This document shows positions 33,154 to 45,101 of a stretch of 64,000 nucleotides of DNA, in pieces. The stretch covers positions 34,552 through 98,551 of the forward strand of contig CANLII010000005.1 in the NCBI GenBank assembly GCA_947491315.1, read 5' to 3'. This stretch comes from Ignavibacteria bacterium. GTDB taxonomy: Bacteria > Bacteroidota > Ignavibacteria > Kapaibacteriales > UBA961. Within the stretch, counting starts at the first letter, position 1, and every line of letters starts with the position of its first letter. Position numbers and translations under genes: made by a program. The notes under the pieces were generated by a model. The model did no database searches, had not been told where the DNA came from, and worked only from the letters and a program-made list of their open reading frames with translations.

Positions 33154-34245
33154 ATGAATATGAAAAACACAAGATTCCATTCAATACATAAGCAAAATGG
33201 TGCCAAAATGGTATCATTTGCCGGCTTTGAAATGCCGATTCAATATTCTGCAGGAATCATTGCAGAACATATGAGCGTGCGTAAAAATATCGGCGTTTTT
33301 GATGTATCGCATATGGGTGAAGTGGAAATTCGTGGACCCCAAGCTTTGGATTATGTTCAGAAGATATCAATTAACGATGCGTCAAAACTTGTTATGAACA
33401 AGGCCCAATATTCAGCTATGTGTTATCCCAATGGCGGAATCATAGATGATATGCTTGTCTATCACAGAGGTGATCATTATATGTTGGTAATCAATGGTGC
33501 TTGTGCCGAAAAAGATATAGCATGGATGCATGAACAAGCACAAGGAATGGATATTACCGTGAATGATATAAGCGATGAGTTAAATCTCTTGGCTGTGCAA
33601 GGACCTAAATCACTGGAAGCCCTGCAAACACTTACAGATGTGAATCTTTCGGAAATCCCATATTATGGTTTTGCCGATGGTGAGCTTGCGGGATTGAACA
33701 TGATCATTTCTCGTACGGGATATACAGGTGAACTTGGTTTTGAATTGTATTTCCGAGGTGATGAAACAGTTTGTGAACAGATTTGGAATGCCTTGTTTGA
33801 AGCGGGCGCTTCGCATGGTATTCAACCTGTCGGACTTGGCGCTCGTGATACTTTAAGACTAGAAAAAGGATATTGTTTATATGGTAATGATATCAATCAA
33901 GACACAAATCCTCTCGAGGCAGGACTCGGCTGGATCACAAAACTTGCAAAGGGAAGTTTCAATGGTTCCGAGGCTATTGCCAAGGTAAAAGAGCAAGGTC
34001 CTTCAAGAAAACTGATTGCATTCAAAGTAGTGGCTGAGAAATTCATAGCGCGTCAACATTATCCGATTCATCATGGTGGGAATCCCGTAGGCGAGGTTAC
34101 AAGTGGTAATATTTCTCCGATATTGAATGTCGGCATCGGACTCGGCTATGTTCCTACGGCTCTTGCTGAACCGGGTACTATCATTCAAATCTCGGCAAGA
34201 GGAAAAGAATTTGATGCGGAAGTGGTGAAATTACCGTTCGTATAA
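33154..34245 (+). CDS. gcvT: glycine cleavage aminomethyltransferase T
   Basis: FAGFEMP, FDVSHMGE, SRTGYTGELGFE, GLGARDTLRLEKG. Confidence 0.96.
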   Translation: MNMKNTRFHSIHKQNGAKMVSFAGFEMPIQYSAGIIAEHMSVRKNIGVFDVSHMGEVEIRGPQALDYVQKISINDASKLVMNKAQYSAMCYPNGGIIDDMLVYHRGDHYMLVINGACAEKDIAWMHEQAQGMDITVNDISDELNLLAVQGPKSLEALQTLTDVNLSEIPYYGFADGELAGLNMIISRTGYTGELGFELYFRGDETVCEQIWNALFEAGASHGIQPVGLGARDTLRLEKGYCLYGNDINQDTNPLEAGLGWITKLAKGSFNGSEAIAKVKEQGPSRKLIAFKVVAEKFIARQHYPIHHGGNPVGEVTSGNISPILNVGIGLGYVPTALAEPGTIIQISARGKEFDAEVVKLPFV

Positions 34246-34258
34246 TCCACAAATGAAT

Positions 34259-34300
34259 AAAAAAAAGGCCTCGCCCTCATTATAGAGAGCGAGGCCTTTT
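34259..34300. terminator. bidirectional intrinsic terminator
   Basis: A-tract, GGCCTCGC...GCGAGGCC, T-tract between convergent genes. Confidence 0.85.
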
Positions 34301-34314
34301 AGTTTCAAGTGCAA

Positions 34315-36807
34315 TTAGCGAATGATTGAGAATTGACCATTCATTACGGCATTGTTTTGCATGATTCTGAACATGTATGCACCAACAGCAAGATCATTCA
34401 CAGGGAATATTATGTGATTGCCATTGATACTTACAGGAAATTCTGAAATCATCATTCCGGTATTTGAGAAAATTCTGACTGTTACATCACCTTGCATTGT
34501 GATACCTGAAATAGTGATCTGTGTATTCGCTGGATTTGGATATACATCCTCACCAAGAATCATAGAAGGTTCTTCGACTGACAATGCGCTGCTGCCCATT
34601 GTGATGGAACTGTTCACTATTCTTGCAGTCACATAATCTGTTGAAATAGATCCAAAGGCAGGTTCAAAATCGACCATGTCGGCCATGATGGAAAATGTGC
34701 CTTGGCCCAAATCAAACATGGAATATGTTCCTGCATCATCACTCATTGCATAGTCTGCGATATCATTGTTCTCATCGAGAGCAAATAGGAGAGCGCCACC
34801 AAGTTCTTGTTCTGCAAATGGAGATTCAGCTTTTGTCATCATGCCACGACCTTTGATGATCCCATCAACACGAGCGGCACCACGCTTGCCAAGTAGCGGA
34901 CGAAGACGAATGTCATATACAAGAGTGATCATCACTTCACCAACTTCAATTCTTTTTGCTTCTTTCCATGACATGGCAGCAAAGCCGGTTGATGTATAGA
35001 AGCCGGGAGCATAAGTACGGGTATTTGGAATACCTTGAATGATATACATGCCTGGCTCAATATTTGAGAACAAAGCATTACCATTTGAATCGGTTTCAAT
35101 GGTGATGGCCATTCCTTTTTTAGGTTCTTTGTCTTTTTGAACCGGAATCAATGTCACACGACCTTTAATACCAATACCATTTGTATCTTTCAGAGCAACT
35201 GCAAGACCATTAGTATAGACTGCTTTTTTGAGCAATGTGAAATTGATCACCATAATATCATTCACAGTGAATCGGAGGGCATTATTAGCATTGAGCTTGC
35301 CATCATAATAGACATGTGTATGTGTCTTAGCCAATGCTTCATTTGGAGTTGCCATCGCGATATATGTCATTCCTGCAGGAACTTCAATGCGATAATTACC
35401 TTGTGCATTTGTTTTGACTGCGAATCTCATCCCGCCGTCCTTGCTTCCGCCATTTCTTTCAATGATCATGAATGAAACCATTGAATTGGGAACAGGATTG
35501 CCATCACTGTCCTTTACCATGCCTTCAATCACTTTCATTGCAGGCTTTTCTTTCAGAGTGACCTTAACAGGGATTTCAGTGATTTTATCGCATTCAGCAA
35601 TTACCACTTTGGCATCGCCCATTTCAACTACATTTTCAAACCATTCAGAAACAAAGCCTTCTCCTTCAAATCTGATTTTGTATGAACCAGCACGAACAAA
35701 TACCATCCATTGTCCATTCTTCACTGTTGTTTCGTAAGAAGAAGGACCCAAATTGTCTTTCTCAAGTCTGATGAATTTTACTTTGCCATTCAAGATTGGA
35801 TTACCATTGTCATCCTTGAGCATTCCAACAAACTTGGAGCAAGGAGGAGCCGGTACATTATCGCAATTTTCTTTGACTGTAATTGTCCAAGATTGATAGG
35901 TCACAAGAGTGTCATTACCTTTGATGAACAAAGCCTTGATCTTGACACGCTGTGAACCAACTTCAGTTGGTGTCCATGTCAAGCGACCTGATTTCTCATC
36001 AATTGAAATGCCATCGATTTGTTCGAATAAAGACCACATCACAGTTCCGCCATCAGATGGAACAGTTGCGACTGCTTCATACACATACAGCTTATTGAGA
36101 CATGCAATTTCTTTTGGCTTGGATTTGATTTCAAAGTTTTTCTTTTCTGTACCAACAATGATTTTGAATGTCTTTGCTGCTTGTGATCTTGGGGCTTCGA
36201 GCATCCAAGATGTTACAATTATCTCATAAGTACCAGGAACAGGATTCGCCCATTCAATTTTGCCTTTGTCAGATATGGTCATTCCCGGAGGTGCTTTTTC
36301 AAGCTTATATGCGAAACCGCCTTTATAACTTTCAGGGTATTGAAGTTTGACTTGATAATAATATGATTTCCCTTCGGGAATGTTCTGAATCAATGGATCG
36401 ATTATGATACCAAAAGTATTTGGTTCCTCTCCGCGAATCGTGATTGAAACCTTCTCCGATGGTTCGCTTTGAGCACCTTTGGATCTGGTCACGACATAAA
36501 ACTTATGCGTGCCTGCTGGAAGATCCTTTACAGTGGCAGTAGTTTTCCATGTTTCGATGATTGCTTTGAAATCGGTTGGTACATTTCCTACTATTGATGC
36601 CATGTACACAACATATTGTAATGTAGTGTCATCCGATGGGGCAATCCAGGATAATATAGCAGTGGCGGGTGCGAAACCATTTCCTTCAGGAATGACTCTG
36701 AATTCTTTTGGCTTGCCGGGTGCATTAGCCAAAACGAGCGAAGTCATGGAAAGAAAAAGCATCAGCATGCTCAATAATGAGCGTGAGAATCGTAATGCTT
36801 GGACCAT
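34315..36807 (-). CDS. T9SS type-A cargo protein with Fn3, Ig-like and carboxypeptidase-regulatory-like repeats
   Basis: Signal peptide; Fn3-like (LSWIAP..YVVY); Ig-like (PPGMTI, SGRLTWTP); repeated G.(V/L)KD..GNP; CTD VYPNPA...GAYMFRI...FSIIR. Confidence 0.8.
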   Translation of the reverse strand: MVQALRFSRSLLSMLMLFLSMTSLVLANAPGKPKEFRVIPEGNGFAPATAILSWIAPSDDTTLQYVVYMASIVGNVPTDFKAIIETWKTTATVKDLPAGTHKFYVVTRSKGAQSEPSEKVSITIRGEEPNTFGIIIDPLIQNIPEGKSYYYQVKLQYPESYKGGFAYKLEKAPPGMTISDKGKIEWANPVPGTYEIIVTSWMLEAPRSQAAKTFKIIVGTEKKNFEIKSKPKEIACLNKLYVYEAVATVPSDGGTVMWSLFEQIDGISIDEKSGRLTWTPTEVGSQRVKIKALFIKGNDTLVTYQSWTITVKENCDNVPAPPCSKFVGMLKDDNGNPILNGKVKFIRLEKDNLGPSSYETTVKNGQWMVFVRAGSYKIRFEGEGFVSEWFENVVEMGDAKVVIAECDKITEIPVKVTLKEKPAMKVIEGMVKDSDGNPVPNSMVSFMIIERNGGSKDGGMRFAVKTNAQGNYRIEVPAGMTYIAMATPNEALAKTHTHVYYDGKLNANNALRFTVNDIMVINFTLLKKAVYTNGLAVALKDTNGIGIKGRVTLIPVQKDKEPKKGMAITIETDSNGNALFSNIEPGMYIIQGIPNTRTYAPGFYTSTGFAAMSWKEAKRIEVGEVMITLVYDIRLRPLLGKRGAARVDGIIKGRGMMTKAESPFAEQELGGALLFALDENNDIADYAMSDDAGTYSMFDLGQGTFSIMADMVDFEPAFGSISTDYVTARIVNSSITMGSSALSVEEPSMILGEDVYPNPANTQITISGITMQGDVTVRIFSNTGMMISEFPVSINGNHIIFPVNDLAVGAYMFRIMQNNAVMNGQFSIIR

Positions 36808-36840
36808 GATGGACCTCAAAATATAAATGTATAAAAGTGC

Positions 36841-37575
36841 TTAAAAAGAAATTTTCATGATTGATCTTCCGCTCGAATTAGACCGGAATTTTTTGTCAAG
36901 GGATTCAATCTCAACCGCATTCAAAGCAAAACCTGACTCGATGAATACTGTTATAACTGGTTTTCCTTGAGGCATCTGAGTTCTTAATGCATAGACATAG
37001 GTATCGGCATGATTGTAACCGTTGGAATCTTCAAGCAAATCAAATTCTCTCTCAGATCTATGTATTTTGAATCCATTGGTACCATCTTTCTTTTTGGAGA
37101 AGATATAGGTTTTAAGTCTGAATTTCTTCAACATTGCAGCCGTTCTTTGTCTTGGTCCGGGAATATTATCGAAGATTGGAACCTTGATGCTGTCAAATTC
37201 ACATGCAAGAGATATCGGTAAAACTTCTTCATAACGAGAAGAATCACTTACATCGGTGACAATGCTATATTTCACAGTCAATTTGAGTGAGTCTCTAACT
37301 GTGGTATCAATATGTATTCTCTCAAGATTGTACGATCTAAATGAAAATCTACTTTCTTCGGGTGGATCATTTGGTATATATCTCATGGATCTACCACCAC
37401 CGTCTATTGAGAAGCGCATGGTTGACATTGCAACCGGATTTGTTGGCATTGGCACTTCATTCACATTTTGATCGAGATCTATAGGAGATTTACACCCAAT
37501 CAATCCGTAAAAAAGGATGGAAGTCAATATGACAAGATGCTTGATATGATTCGTATAATTGTTCATGTGCATCAT
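36841..37575 (-). CDS. hypothetical lipoprotein
   Basis: Lipobox LIGC. Confidence 0.65.
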   Translation of the reverse strand: MMHMNNYTNHIKHLVILTSILFYGLIGCKSPIDLDQNVNEVPMPTNPVAMSTMRFSIDGGGRSMRYIPNDPPEESRFSFRSYNLERIHIDTTVRDSLKLTVKYSIVTDVSDSSRYEEVLPISLACEFDSIKVPIFDNIPGPRQRTAAMLKKFRLKTYIFSKKKDGTNGFKIHRSEREFDLLEDSNGYNHADTYVYALRTQMPQGKPVITVFIESGFALNAVEIESLDKKFRSNSSGRSIMKISF

Positions 37576-38819
37576 AAGATTATGGAAATTCCATAGAGTA
37601 AGTCAAGTTTTTGTGAATCAAATGCATTTCCTTGGAATTGGAATTGCATATAGGATTGCTCAAGACCCAATTGCAGTGAGATATTATTGCTGATTGGATA
37701 TGCAATACCCAAGCCCAATCTTCCGAGCACTCCGATTTCGGTACCACCCGCCACTGCTTGAGCATAGAATCTGGAATTACCAAGATTTTCAAATGCTGAG
37801 GTTCTGCCTTGTAAGAATAAACCACCCGTCAGCATTGGTGAATACTGATTGAAGACAAATGGTCTGTCCTCTTTGATTCCATTATAATTCAATACAAATG
37901 GCTCTCTGCCTGCTTCCAAGCCGACTGAAAAATGCTCTCCCAATGACCAAGCAAATGTCACTCTTGAATTGTCAAAAATACCCATCTGTTCGCGAATGCC
38001 CGAATACTCAGGAGATTGTAATGAGGACAAGCCTCGGAATTGCATCCAAAATTGCGGGTATTTGATTGGCTCAACATTTGAAACAGTAGCATTTGGAGCT
38101 GCAATCTGATTTGAAGATTGCTTTTCAATTGTACTAAATTGTTCAGCCTGCTTAGAGTTTTCTAGTGTTTGAGTATTCGTTTCGGATAAGACCTCTTTCG
38201 CGGTATTCTTATTCAATGGGGATTCAGAACCATTCTGATTTTCTATAGTTTGTACAGCAGCGCTTTGATTCACCGAAATGGGTGGCAATATGATCATAGG
38301 AGTGACGCTTGCCATATTTCTCATGCGATCCTTATACACTATTCTAACCGGTGCGGACTGTTGCAATACTATCGTAGGAACATTTGGTGAAATGCCGGTC
38401 GAGATAAGAGGTGCAAAACCACCTATAGAACCTTGTTTTCTCATTAATTGCAATGTTTCATCTTTTTCATTTGATGAGAAAGAATCACCGATTCCATACC
38501 CTCCCGCCAAACCCAAAGCCAAGAATGCTAGAGGCAAAATGGCTTTTTTCCATCCCAATTTGCCTTTTTCAGCAGATTGGGTTGCCATTCCCAATTGTGA
38601 AAATACTGCATCTTTTGCTCCCGGTGGTGGGGTGAATGCTTCTATGTCATGAGGAATTACATTTCGGATCGAGACGAGTTCGCGCATGGCAGAGCGCGAA
38701 TCTTCTGAATTTGATGCGAGTGAATTGAACATAACGCCTTCTTTCTCGATCGGTAATTCACCATCGAGATAGGAAGTGATGAGTTCATCAATATGTTCGG
38801 GTTTTTGTTGCTGTTCCAT
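37572..38819 (-). CDS. putative anti-sigma factor with TM helix and C-terminal beta-barrel-like domain
   Basis: ELITSYLDGEL N-terminus, one TM, polar low-complexity linker, amphipathic beta C-terminus; directly downstream of the ECF sigma gene. Confidence 0.7.
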   Translation of the reverse strand: MEQQQKPEHIDELITSYLDGELPIEKEGVMFNSLASNSEDSRSAMRELVSIRNVIPHDIEAFTPPPGAKDAVFSQLGMATQSAEKGKLGWKKAILPLAFLALGLAGGYGIGDSFSSNEKDETLQLMRKQGSIGGFAPLISTGISPNVPTIVLQQSAPVRIVYKDRMRNMASVTPMIILPPISVNQSAAVQTIENQNGSESPLNKNTAKEVLSETNTQTLENSKQAEQFSTIEKQSSNQIAAPNATVSNVEPIKYPQFWMQFRGLSSLQSPEYSGIREQMGIFDNSRVTFAWSLGEHFSVGLEAGREPFVLNYNGIKEDRPFVFNQYSPMLTGGLFLQGRTSAFENLGNSRFYAQAVAGGTEIGVLGRLGLGIAYPISNNISLQLGLEQSYMQFQFQGNAFDSQKLDLLYGISIIL

Positions 38820-38837
38820 GTATTTTATCTGTGTATT

Positions 38838-39419
38838 TCAATGTTTGGAGATATCTGCAATGTATGGAGCAAGTATTTCTCTGATTTTCTGTTTAGCTCT
38901 GTAAATTCTAATTTTAACTGTTGAAAGTGAGCTTTCAGTCATATCTGCGATTTCTTGATAACTCAATCCTTCATACTCTCTCAGTATAAATGCTTCTTTA
39001 TAGTCAAGTGGTAGCGTTTCCATCGCTTGAGTAATCAAAGAGAGTAACTCTATTTTTTCATGAGACATATCAAAGGATGAAGGCATGTGATATTCTTCAA
39101 GAGAAATATGACCTTTATTACTCCTCTGCATATTCAAACAAAGATTCCGAGCAATCCTAAGCAGATAAGCGGGCACATTGGACATTTCCCTTTCTTGTTG
39201 AGCACTATTGAAAAACTTAACAAATGTCTCCTGAAAAGCATCCTGTGCACGGTCATAATCGCCCAATATTCTCCGACAATAAGCAAATATTCGGGGTGAA
39301 TAACGGGCGTATAACTCTGCAAATGCCTTCTCAGAACTTGGTTTCTCTAGTTTGAGTGCGGCATACAGCTCTATATCTGACATCTTCGCCGGATGATTGG
39401 TCATACGCTTTAATAACAT
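38838..39419 (-). CDS. ECF-family RNA polymerase sigma factor
   Basis: AQDAFQETF, YLLRIARN (region 2); LREYEGLSYQEIA..TVKIRIYRAK (region 4). Confidence 0.93.
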   Translation of the reverse strand: MLLKRMTNHPAKMSDIELYAALKLEKPSSEKAFAELYARYSPRIFAYCRRILGDYDRAQDAFQETFVKFFNSAQQEREMSNVPAYLLRIARNLCLNMQRSNKGHISLEEYHMPSSFDMSHEKIELLSLITQAMETLPLDYKEAFILREYEGLSYQEIADMTESSLSTVKIRIYRAKQKIREILAPYIADISKH

Positions 39420-39586
39420 TTTGATACAAATTTAGTTACATTTCCCTCCATACATCCCATGCATTCAAATAGATCCAGTAGTTGGACTTATGATATTTGA
39501 TTCCCTGATGGTTTCCGACTCATCATGCGCTTTGCTATCTTTGAGAAGAACAAAGAGTGTTATATCTATAAAAATGGGACTTATTC

Positions 39587-40327
39587 ATGGATTTTTTGCA
39601 GGTTTTTCTGACTCCTGAGGGGTTATTTAGTTTATTGACCCTCTCACTTTTAGAAATTGCATTGGGTATTGACAATGTGATTTTTGTATCGATTATTATT
39701 AGCAAATTACCGGCTGAACAACATGCCAAAGCCCGAAAAATATGGATTGTAGGTGCCTTGATTTTGCGTATTCTCTTGCTTATGAGCATTTCCTATCTGG
39801 CAGGACTTGTATATCCAATATTCTCCATGATAGGACATGACTTTTCCGGAAGGGATCTCATCATGGTATTCGGTGGATTGTTTCTTTTGGGAAAAAGCAC
39901 GCTTGAAATTCATTCGAAATTGGAAGGTGAACATTCGGAAAATACAAATGGTGTGGCCAAGAGTGCATTCTATATAGTGATTGGACAAATCCTCTTGATT
40001 GATCTTGTATTTTCTCTTGATTCAGTCATTACGGCGATTGGTTTGGCCAATAATATTTCCATTATGGTGGCTTCTATCATCATTGCATTAGCCATAATGT
40101 TGCTTTCTGCAACAGCAATCAGCGAATTTGTGGATAAACACCCCACCCTCAAGATTCTCGCATTGTCATTTCTTCTCATGGTTGGTTTAACATTATTCGT
40201 TGAGGGATTCGGAGTTCATGTTCCCAAAGGATATATCTATTCTGCCATGGCTTTCTCATTGCTTGTGGAGACCTTGAATATCAAACTTAACAAGAAAACA
40301 AAATTTCCACCTGTACATTTGCGATAA
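39587..40327 (+). CDS. TerC family membrane protein
   Basis: LEIALGIDN, DLVFSLDSVITAIG, PKGYIYSAMAFS. Confidence 0.9.
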   Translation: MDFLQVFLTPEGLFSLLTLSLLEIALGIDNVIFVSIIISKLPAEQHAKARKIWIVGALILRILLLMSISYLAGLVYPIFSMIGHDFSGRDLIMVFGGLFLLGKSTLEIHSKLEGEHSENTNGVAKSAFYIVIGQILLIDLVFSLDSVITAIGLANNISIMVASIIIALAIMLLSATAISEFVDKHPTLKILALSFLLMVGLTLFVEGFGVHVPKGYIYSAMAFSLLVETLNIKLNKKTKFPPVHLR

Positions 40328-40331
40328 AACA

Positions 40332-41501
40332 ATGTCTAAGAGAACACATTTTCATGCAGATAGAGTTGAGGGAATGGGAATGACCATTTTCTCGGAAATC
40401 ACGCAATTGGCTCAGGAATACAATGCCATCAATCTTGGTCAGGGTTTTCCGGACTTTGATGGTCCACTTGAGATAAAGCGCATAGCAATGGAGTCAATTG
40501 CCTCGGGAAACAATCAATATGCGCCGATGATAGGAGCTCATACTCTGAGAAGGGCGATTGCGAGACATCAGTCGAGATTCTATTTTCATGAAATCGATCC
40601 CGATAGAGAAATAACAGTAACCACCGGTGCTACGGAAGCATTGCTTTCCACATTGCTTGCCTTTATCAACCCCGGCGATGAAGTGATAGTCTTTGAACCA
40701 TGTTATGATTCCTATGTGCCTGTTATTCGCATGGCTGGCGGAATTCCTGTACCGGTCACATTGCATGAGCCACTCTTCAAATTCAATCATCATGAATTGC
40801 GAGAGGCATTTTCGGAGAAGACAAAAGCAATCATCATCAATACACCCCATAATCCAACCGGCACGATGTTTAGTCAATTGGAACTTGGATTCATTGCGGA
40901 TGTATGTCAGGAATTCGATGCGCTTGCAATTATGGATGAAGTATATGAGCATATCGGCTTTGATCCGGCTGGACATATTCAAATGCGATCATTGCCTGAT
41001 ATGAAACATCGTACGATCACCATTTCAAGTTTGGGAAAATCTTTTTCTTTCACCGGTTGGAAAATCGGTTGGGTGATTGCGCCGGAAGAATTACAAATTC
41101 CAATCCGAAATATTCATCAATACACCGTATTTTCAACAGCAACGCCATTTCAAGGAGCCGCCGCAGCCGCTCTTGACTTACCTGATTCCTATTTCCAACA
41201 ACTTGTCAATATGTATCAAGAAAAAAGAGATTTTCTTGCTCATGCACTTTCATCAGCCGGACTATATCCAATAATACCGCAAGGTGCCTATTTCATCATG
41301 GCAGATACTTCGGAATATCCATTCCCAAATATGCGGTCATTTACGAATTGGTTAATCAAGGAAATTGGCATTGCTTGCATTCCTAGCACAGGATTCTATC
41401 TCCGGCCGGAAAGAGCCGGAAATTATGTGAGATTTTGTTTCTGCAAATCCAATCAAGTGTTGGAAACAGCAGCAGAAAGACTGCATACATTGCAGGCATG
41501 A
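40332..41501 (+). CDS. class I PLP aminotransferase (YbdL / kynurenine-methionine aminotransferase-like)
   Basis: NLGQGFPDF, NTPHNPTG, DEVYEH, SLGKSFSFTGWKIGW, RFCFCK. Confidence 0.88.
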   Translation: MSKRTHFHADRVEGMGMTIFSEITQLAQEYNAINLGQGFPDFDGPLEIKRIAMESIASGNNQYAPMIGAHTLRRAIARHQSRFYFHEIDPDREITVTTGATEALLSTLLAFINPGDEVIVFEPCYDSYVPVIRMAGGIPVPVTLHEPLFKFNHHELREAFSEKTKAIIINTPHNPTGTMFSQLELGFIADVCQEFDALAIMDEVYEHIGFDPAGHIQMRSLPDMKHRTITISSLGKSFSFTGWKIGWVIAPEELQIPIRNIHQYTVFSTATPFQGAAAAALDLPDSYFQQLVNMYQEKRDFLAHALSSAGLYPIIPQGAYFIMADTSEYPFPNMRSFTNWLIKEIGIACIPSTGFYLRPERAGNYVRFCFCKSNQVLETAAERLHTLQA

Positions 41502-41648
41502 ACCATATATAAGGTTCTATCCCATTCAATTGTCAAACATTTACGAAAAAATACACGATAGACATACTCAAATCATCATGTTCGATGGGTTTTTTTAGTA
41601 GTTTTGCAGTCATCACATTTCCAAAACATATTCCATAGGTATTACATC

Positions 41649-41975
41649 ATGTCGCAACCATTGCATATCACCGATGAGAATTTCGAATCTGAAGTTTTGA
41701 ATTCAGATAAACCTGTTCTTGTTGATTTTTGGGCCACATGGTGCGGTCCATGTCGCATGATTGCACCAATCATCGAAGATCTTGCCAAAGATTATGAAGG
41801 AAAGGCGGTCATCGGAAAATTGGATGTTGACAATAATCAACTTGCAGCTGAAAAATTTGGGATTCGTTCCATCCCGACGATTTTGATCTTCAAGGGTGGA
41901 CAATTGGTCGATACAATCATTGGTGCTGTTGGCAAACCGTATATCACAGAGCGCCTTGAAGCCCATGTGAATTGA
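41649..41975 (+). CDS. trxA: thioredoxin
   Basis: DFWATWCGPC, SIPT. Confidence 0.96.
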   Translation: MSQPLHITDENFESEVLNSDKPVLVDFWATWCGPCRMIAPIIEDLAKDYEGKAVIGKLDVDNNQLAAEKFGIRSIPTILIFKGGQLVDTIIGAVGKPYITERLEAHVN

Positions 41976-41986
41976 TTGGAGCATTC

Positions 41987-42280
41987 ATGAGTATACCAGT
42001 TCTTCTCTCCGAGGAAGCAATTCGCAATCACTTGGAATTGCTGCCTTTATGGGAATCAGATGGCAAAAAAATCATGAGAACATGTATTCTTCATGACTTT
42101 GTTTCAGCTATTGGTTTCATCAATGCAATTGCGATTCATGCCGAGGCAATGGATCATCATCCTGAAATACGATTATATGGCTGGAATAAATTAGATATAT
42201 CAATCAGCACACATGACAAAGGCGGTCTTACTCTGCTTGACATGGACCTTGCTTCAAAGATTGATGCGATTACTTTTTGA
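41987..42280 (+). CDS. pterin-4a-carbinolamine dehydratase
   Basis: DHHPE, STHDKGGLT..D. Confidence 0.88.
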   Translation: MSIPVLLSEEAIRNHLELLPLWESDGKKIMRTCILHDFVSAIGFINAIAIHAEAMDHHPEIRLYGWNKLDISISTHDKGGLTLLDMDLASKIDAITF

Positions 42281-43642
<1,362 letters not shown>

Positions 43643-43681
43643 TTGAATGCAATGATTCACCACATTTGAAGCGGATTGGAT

Positions 43682-45082
43682 ATGAGTATTGTCTTTGGAA
43701 CTGATGGATGGCGCGGAATTATCGCGCGTGATTTCACCTATGACAATCTTGCGTTAGTTGCCACGGCAACAGCCATTTATATAAAGCGAGTCGGCGATAA
43801 AAACCCATCTGCCGTGATTGGTTATGATACAAGATTCATGTCAAAAGAATTTGCGGAGGAAACAGCTCGAGTCTTCGCCGCTCATGGAATCACTGTACAT
43901 ATCACACAAGATATTTCTTCCACTCCTCAAGTATCTTTTCATACAAAACAAAAAGGTTCTGTTCTCGGTATTGTGATCACGGCAAGTCATAATCCACCGA
44001 TTTATAGTGGATATAAAGTGAAAGGTAGATTCGGTGGTCCTGCTTATCCGGAAGAAATTGCGGAGATTGAAAAGGAATTGGAAAAGTTGGGAAATAAAAT
44101 CCCTAAAGATCCTGCCAAATCACTTGATGAATATATTTTGGAAAGAATGATCAGACCTTTTGATGCACAAGAATCATATCTACGGTATATCAGAAAGAAA
44201 ATCGACTTGGAATTGATCAATGATTCAGGCTATACTGTTCTTCTCGATGCAATGTATGGTGCAGGACAGAATATTCTTCCAAAGGTCTTGAATAATGTCA
44301 CTGAATTACATGCAGAAGTCAATCCTACATTCGGTGAAGTAAAACATCCCGAGCCTATTCCGCATAATCTTCATGAATTCTTAGATATCATGAAAACGGG
44401 GAAATATGATATTGGCATTGCTACAGATGGAGATGCTGACAGACTTGGTGCGGCCGATAATGAAGGAAATTTTGTGGATTCACAAAAGATGTTCATTCTC
44501 CTGCTAAAGTATATGTGGGAAGTAAAGAAAAAGCGCGGAGCAGTTGTTAAGACTGTTTCTGTAACCTCCATGATTGAAAAGTATTGCGCAAAGCATTCAA
44601 TTCCTATACATGAAACCCCTGTTGGTTTTAAATATGTTGCCAAACTCATGAATGAGGAGAAAATCATAGTTGGTGGGGAAGAATCTGGCGGAATTGGCAC
44701 GATACTTCACATTCCTGAACGAGATGGTATCTTCAATGCTCTTCTCTTGATTGAAATGATGGCGACTCGCAAAAAGACCTTGCGTGAACTATGCGATGAA
44801 TTGGATGAAGAGTTTGGTCCTCATAAATATATGCGCAAAGATGTGCGTGTAACGCCCCAACAGAAGAAAGCAATTTTGGCAGTCTGTGCCAAAGGTCCCG
44901 CAAAAATTGGAAGATTCCCGGTCATTGGATCTAATACAAAAGATGGCTATAAATTTTTCATTGAAAATGGCTGGCTTTTGATTCGGGCATCAGGTACTGA
45001 ACCTCTCATTAGATTTTATGCTGAAGCTGAATCCATGGGGAAAGTAAATGAATTATTGGAAGAAGGCATTAAATTAAGCTGA
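43682..45082 (+). CDS. phosphoglucomutase/phosphomannomutase family protein
   Basis: FGTDGWRG, TASHNP, DGDADR, GEESGG, RASGTEP. Confidence 0.93.
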   Translation: MSIVFGTDGWRGIIARDFTYDNLALVATATAIYIKRVGDKNPSAVIGYDTRFMSKEFAEETARVFAAHGITVHITQDISSTPQVSFHTKQKGSVLGIVITASHNPPIYSGYKVKGRFGGPAYPEEIAEIEKELEKLGNKIPKDPAKSLDEYILERMIRPFDAQESYLRYIRKKIDLELINDSGYTVLLDAMYGAGQNILPKVLNNVTELHAEVNPTFGEVKHPEPIPHNLHEFLDIMKTGKYDIGIATDGDADRLGAADNEGNFVDSQKMFILLLKYMWEVKKKRGAVVKTVSVTSMIEKYCAKHSIPIHETPVGFKYVAKLMNEEKIIVGGEESGGIGTILHIPERDGIFNALLLIEMMATRKKTLRELCDELDEEFGPHKYMRKDVRVTPQQKKAILAVCAKGPAKIGRFPVIGSNTKDGYKFFIENGWLLIRASGTEPLIRFYAEAESMGKVNELLEEGIKLS

Positions 45083-45101
45083 AGTAGTAGGATATTCCAA
45101 T

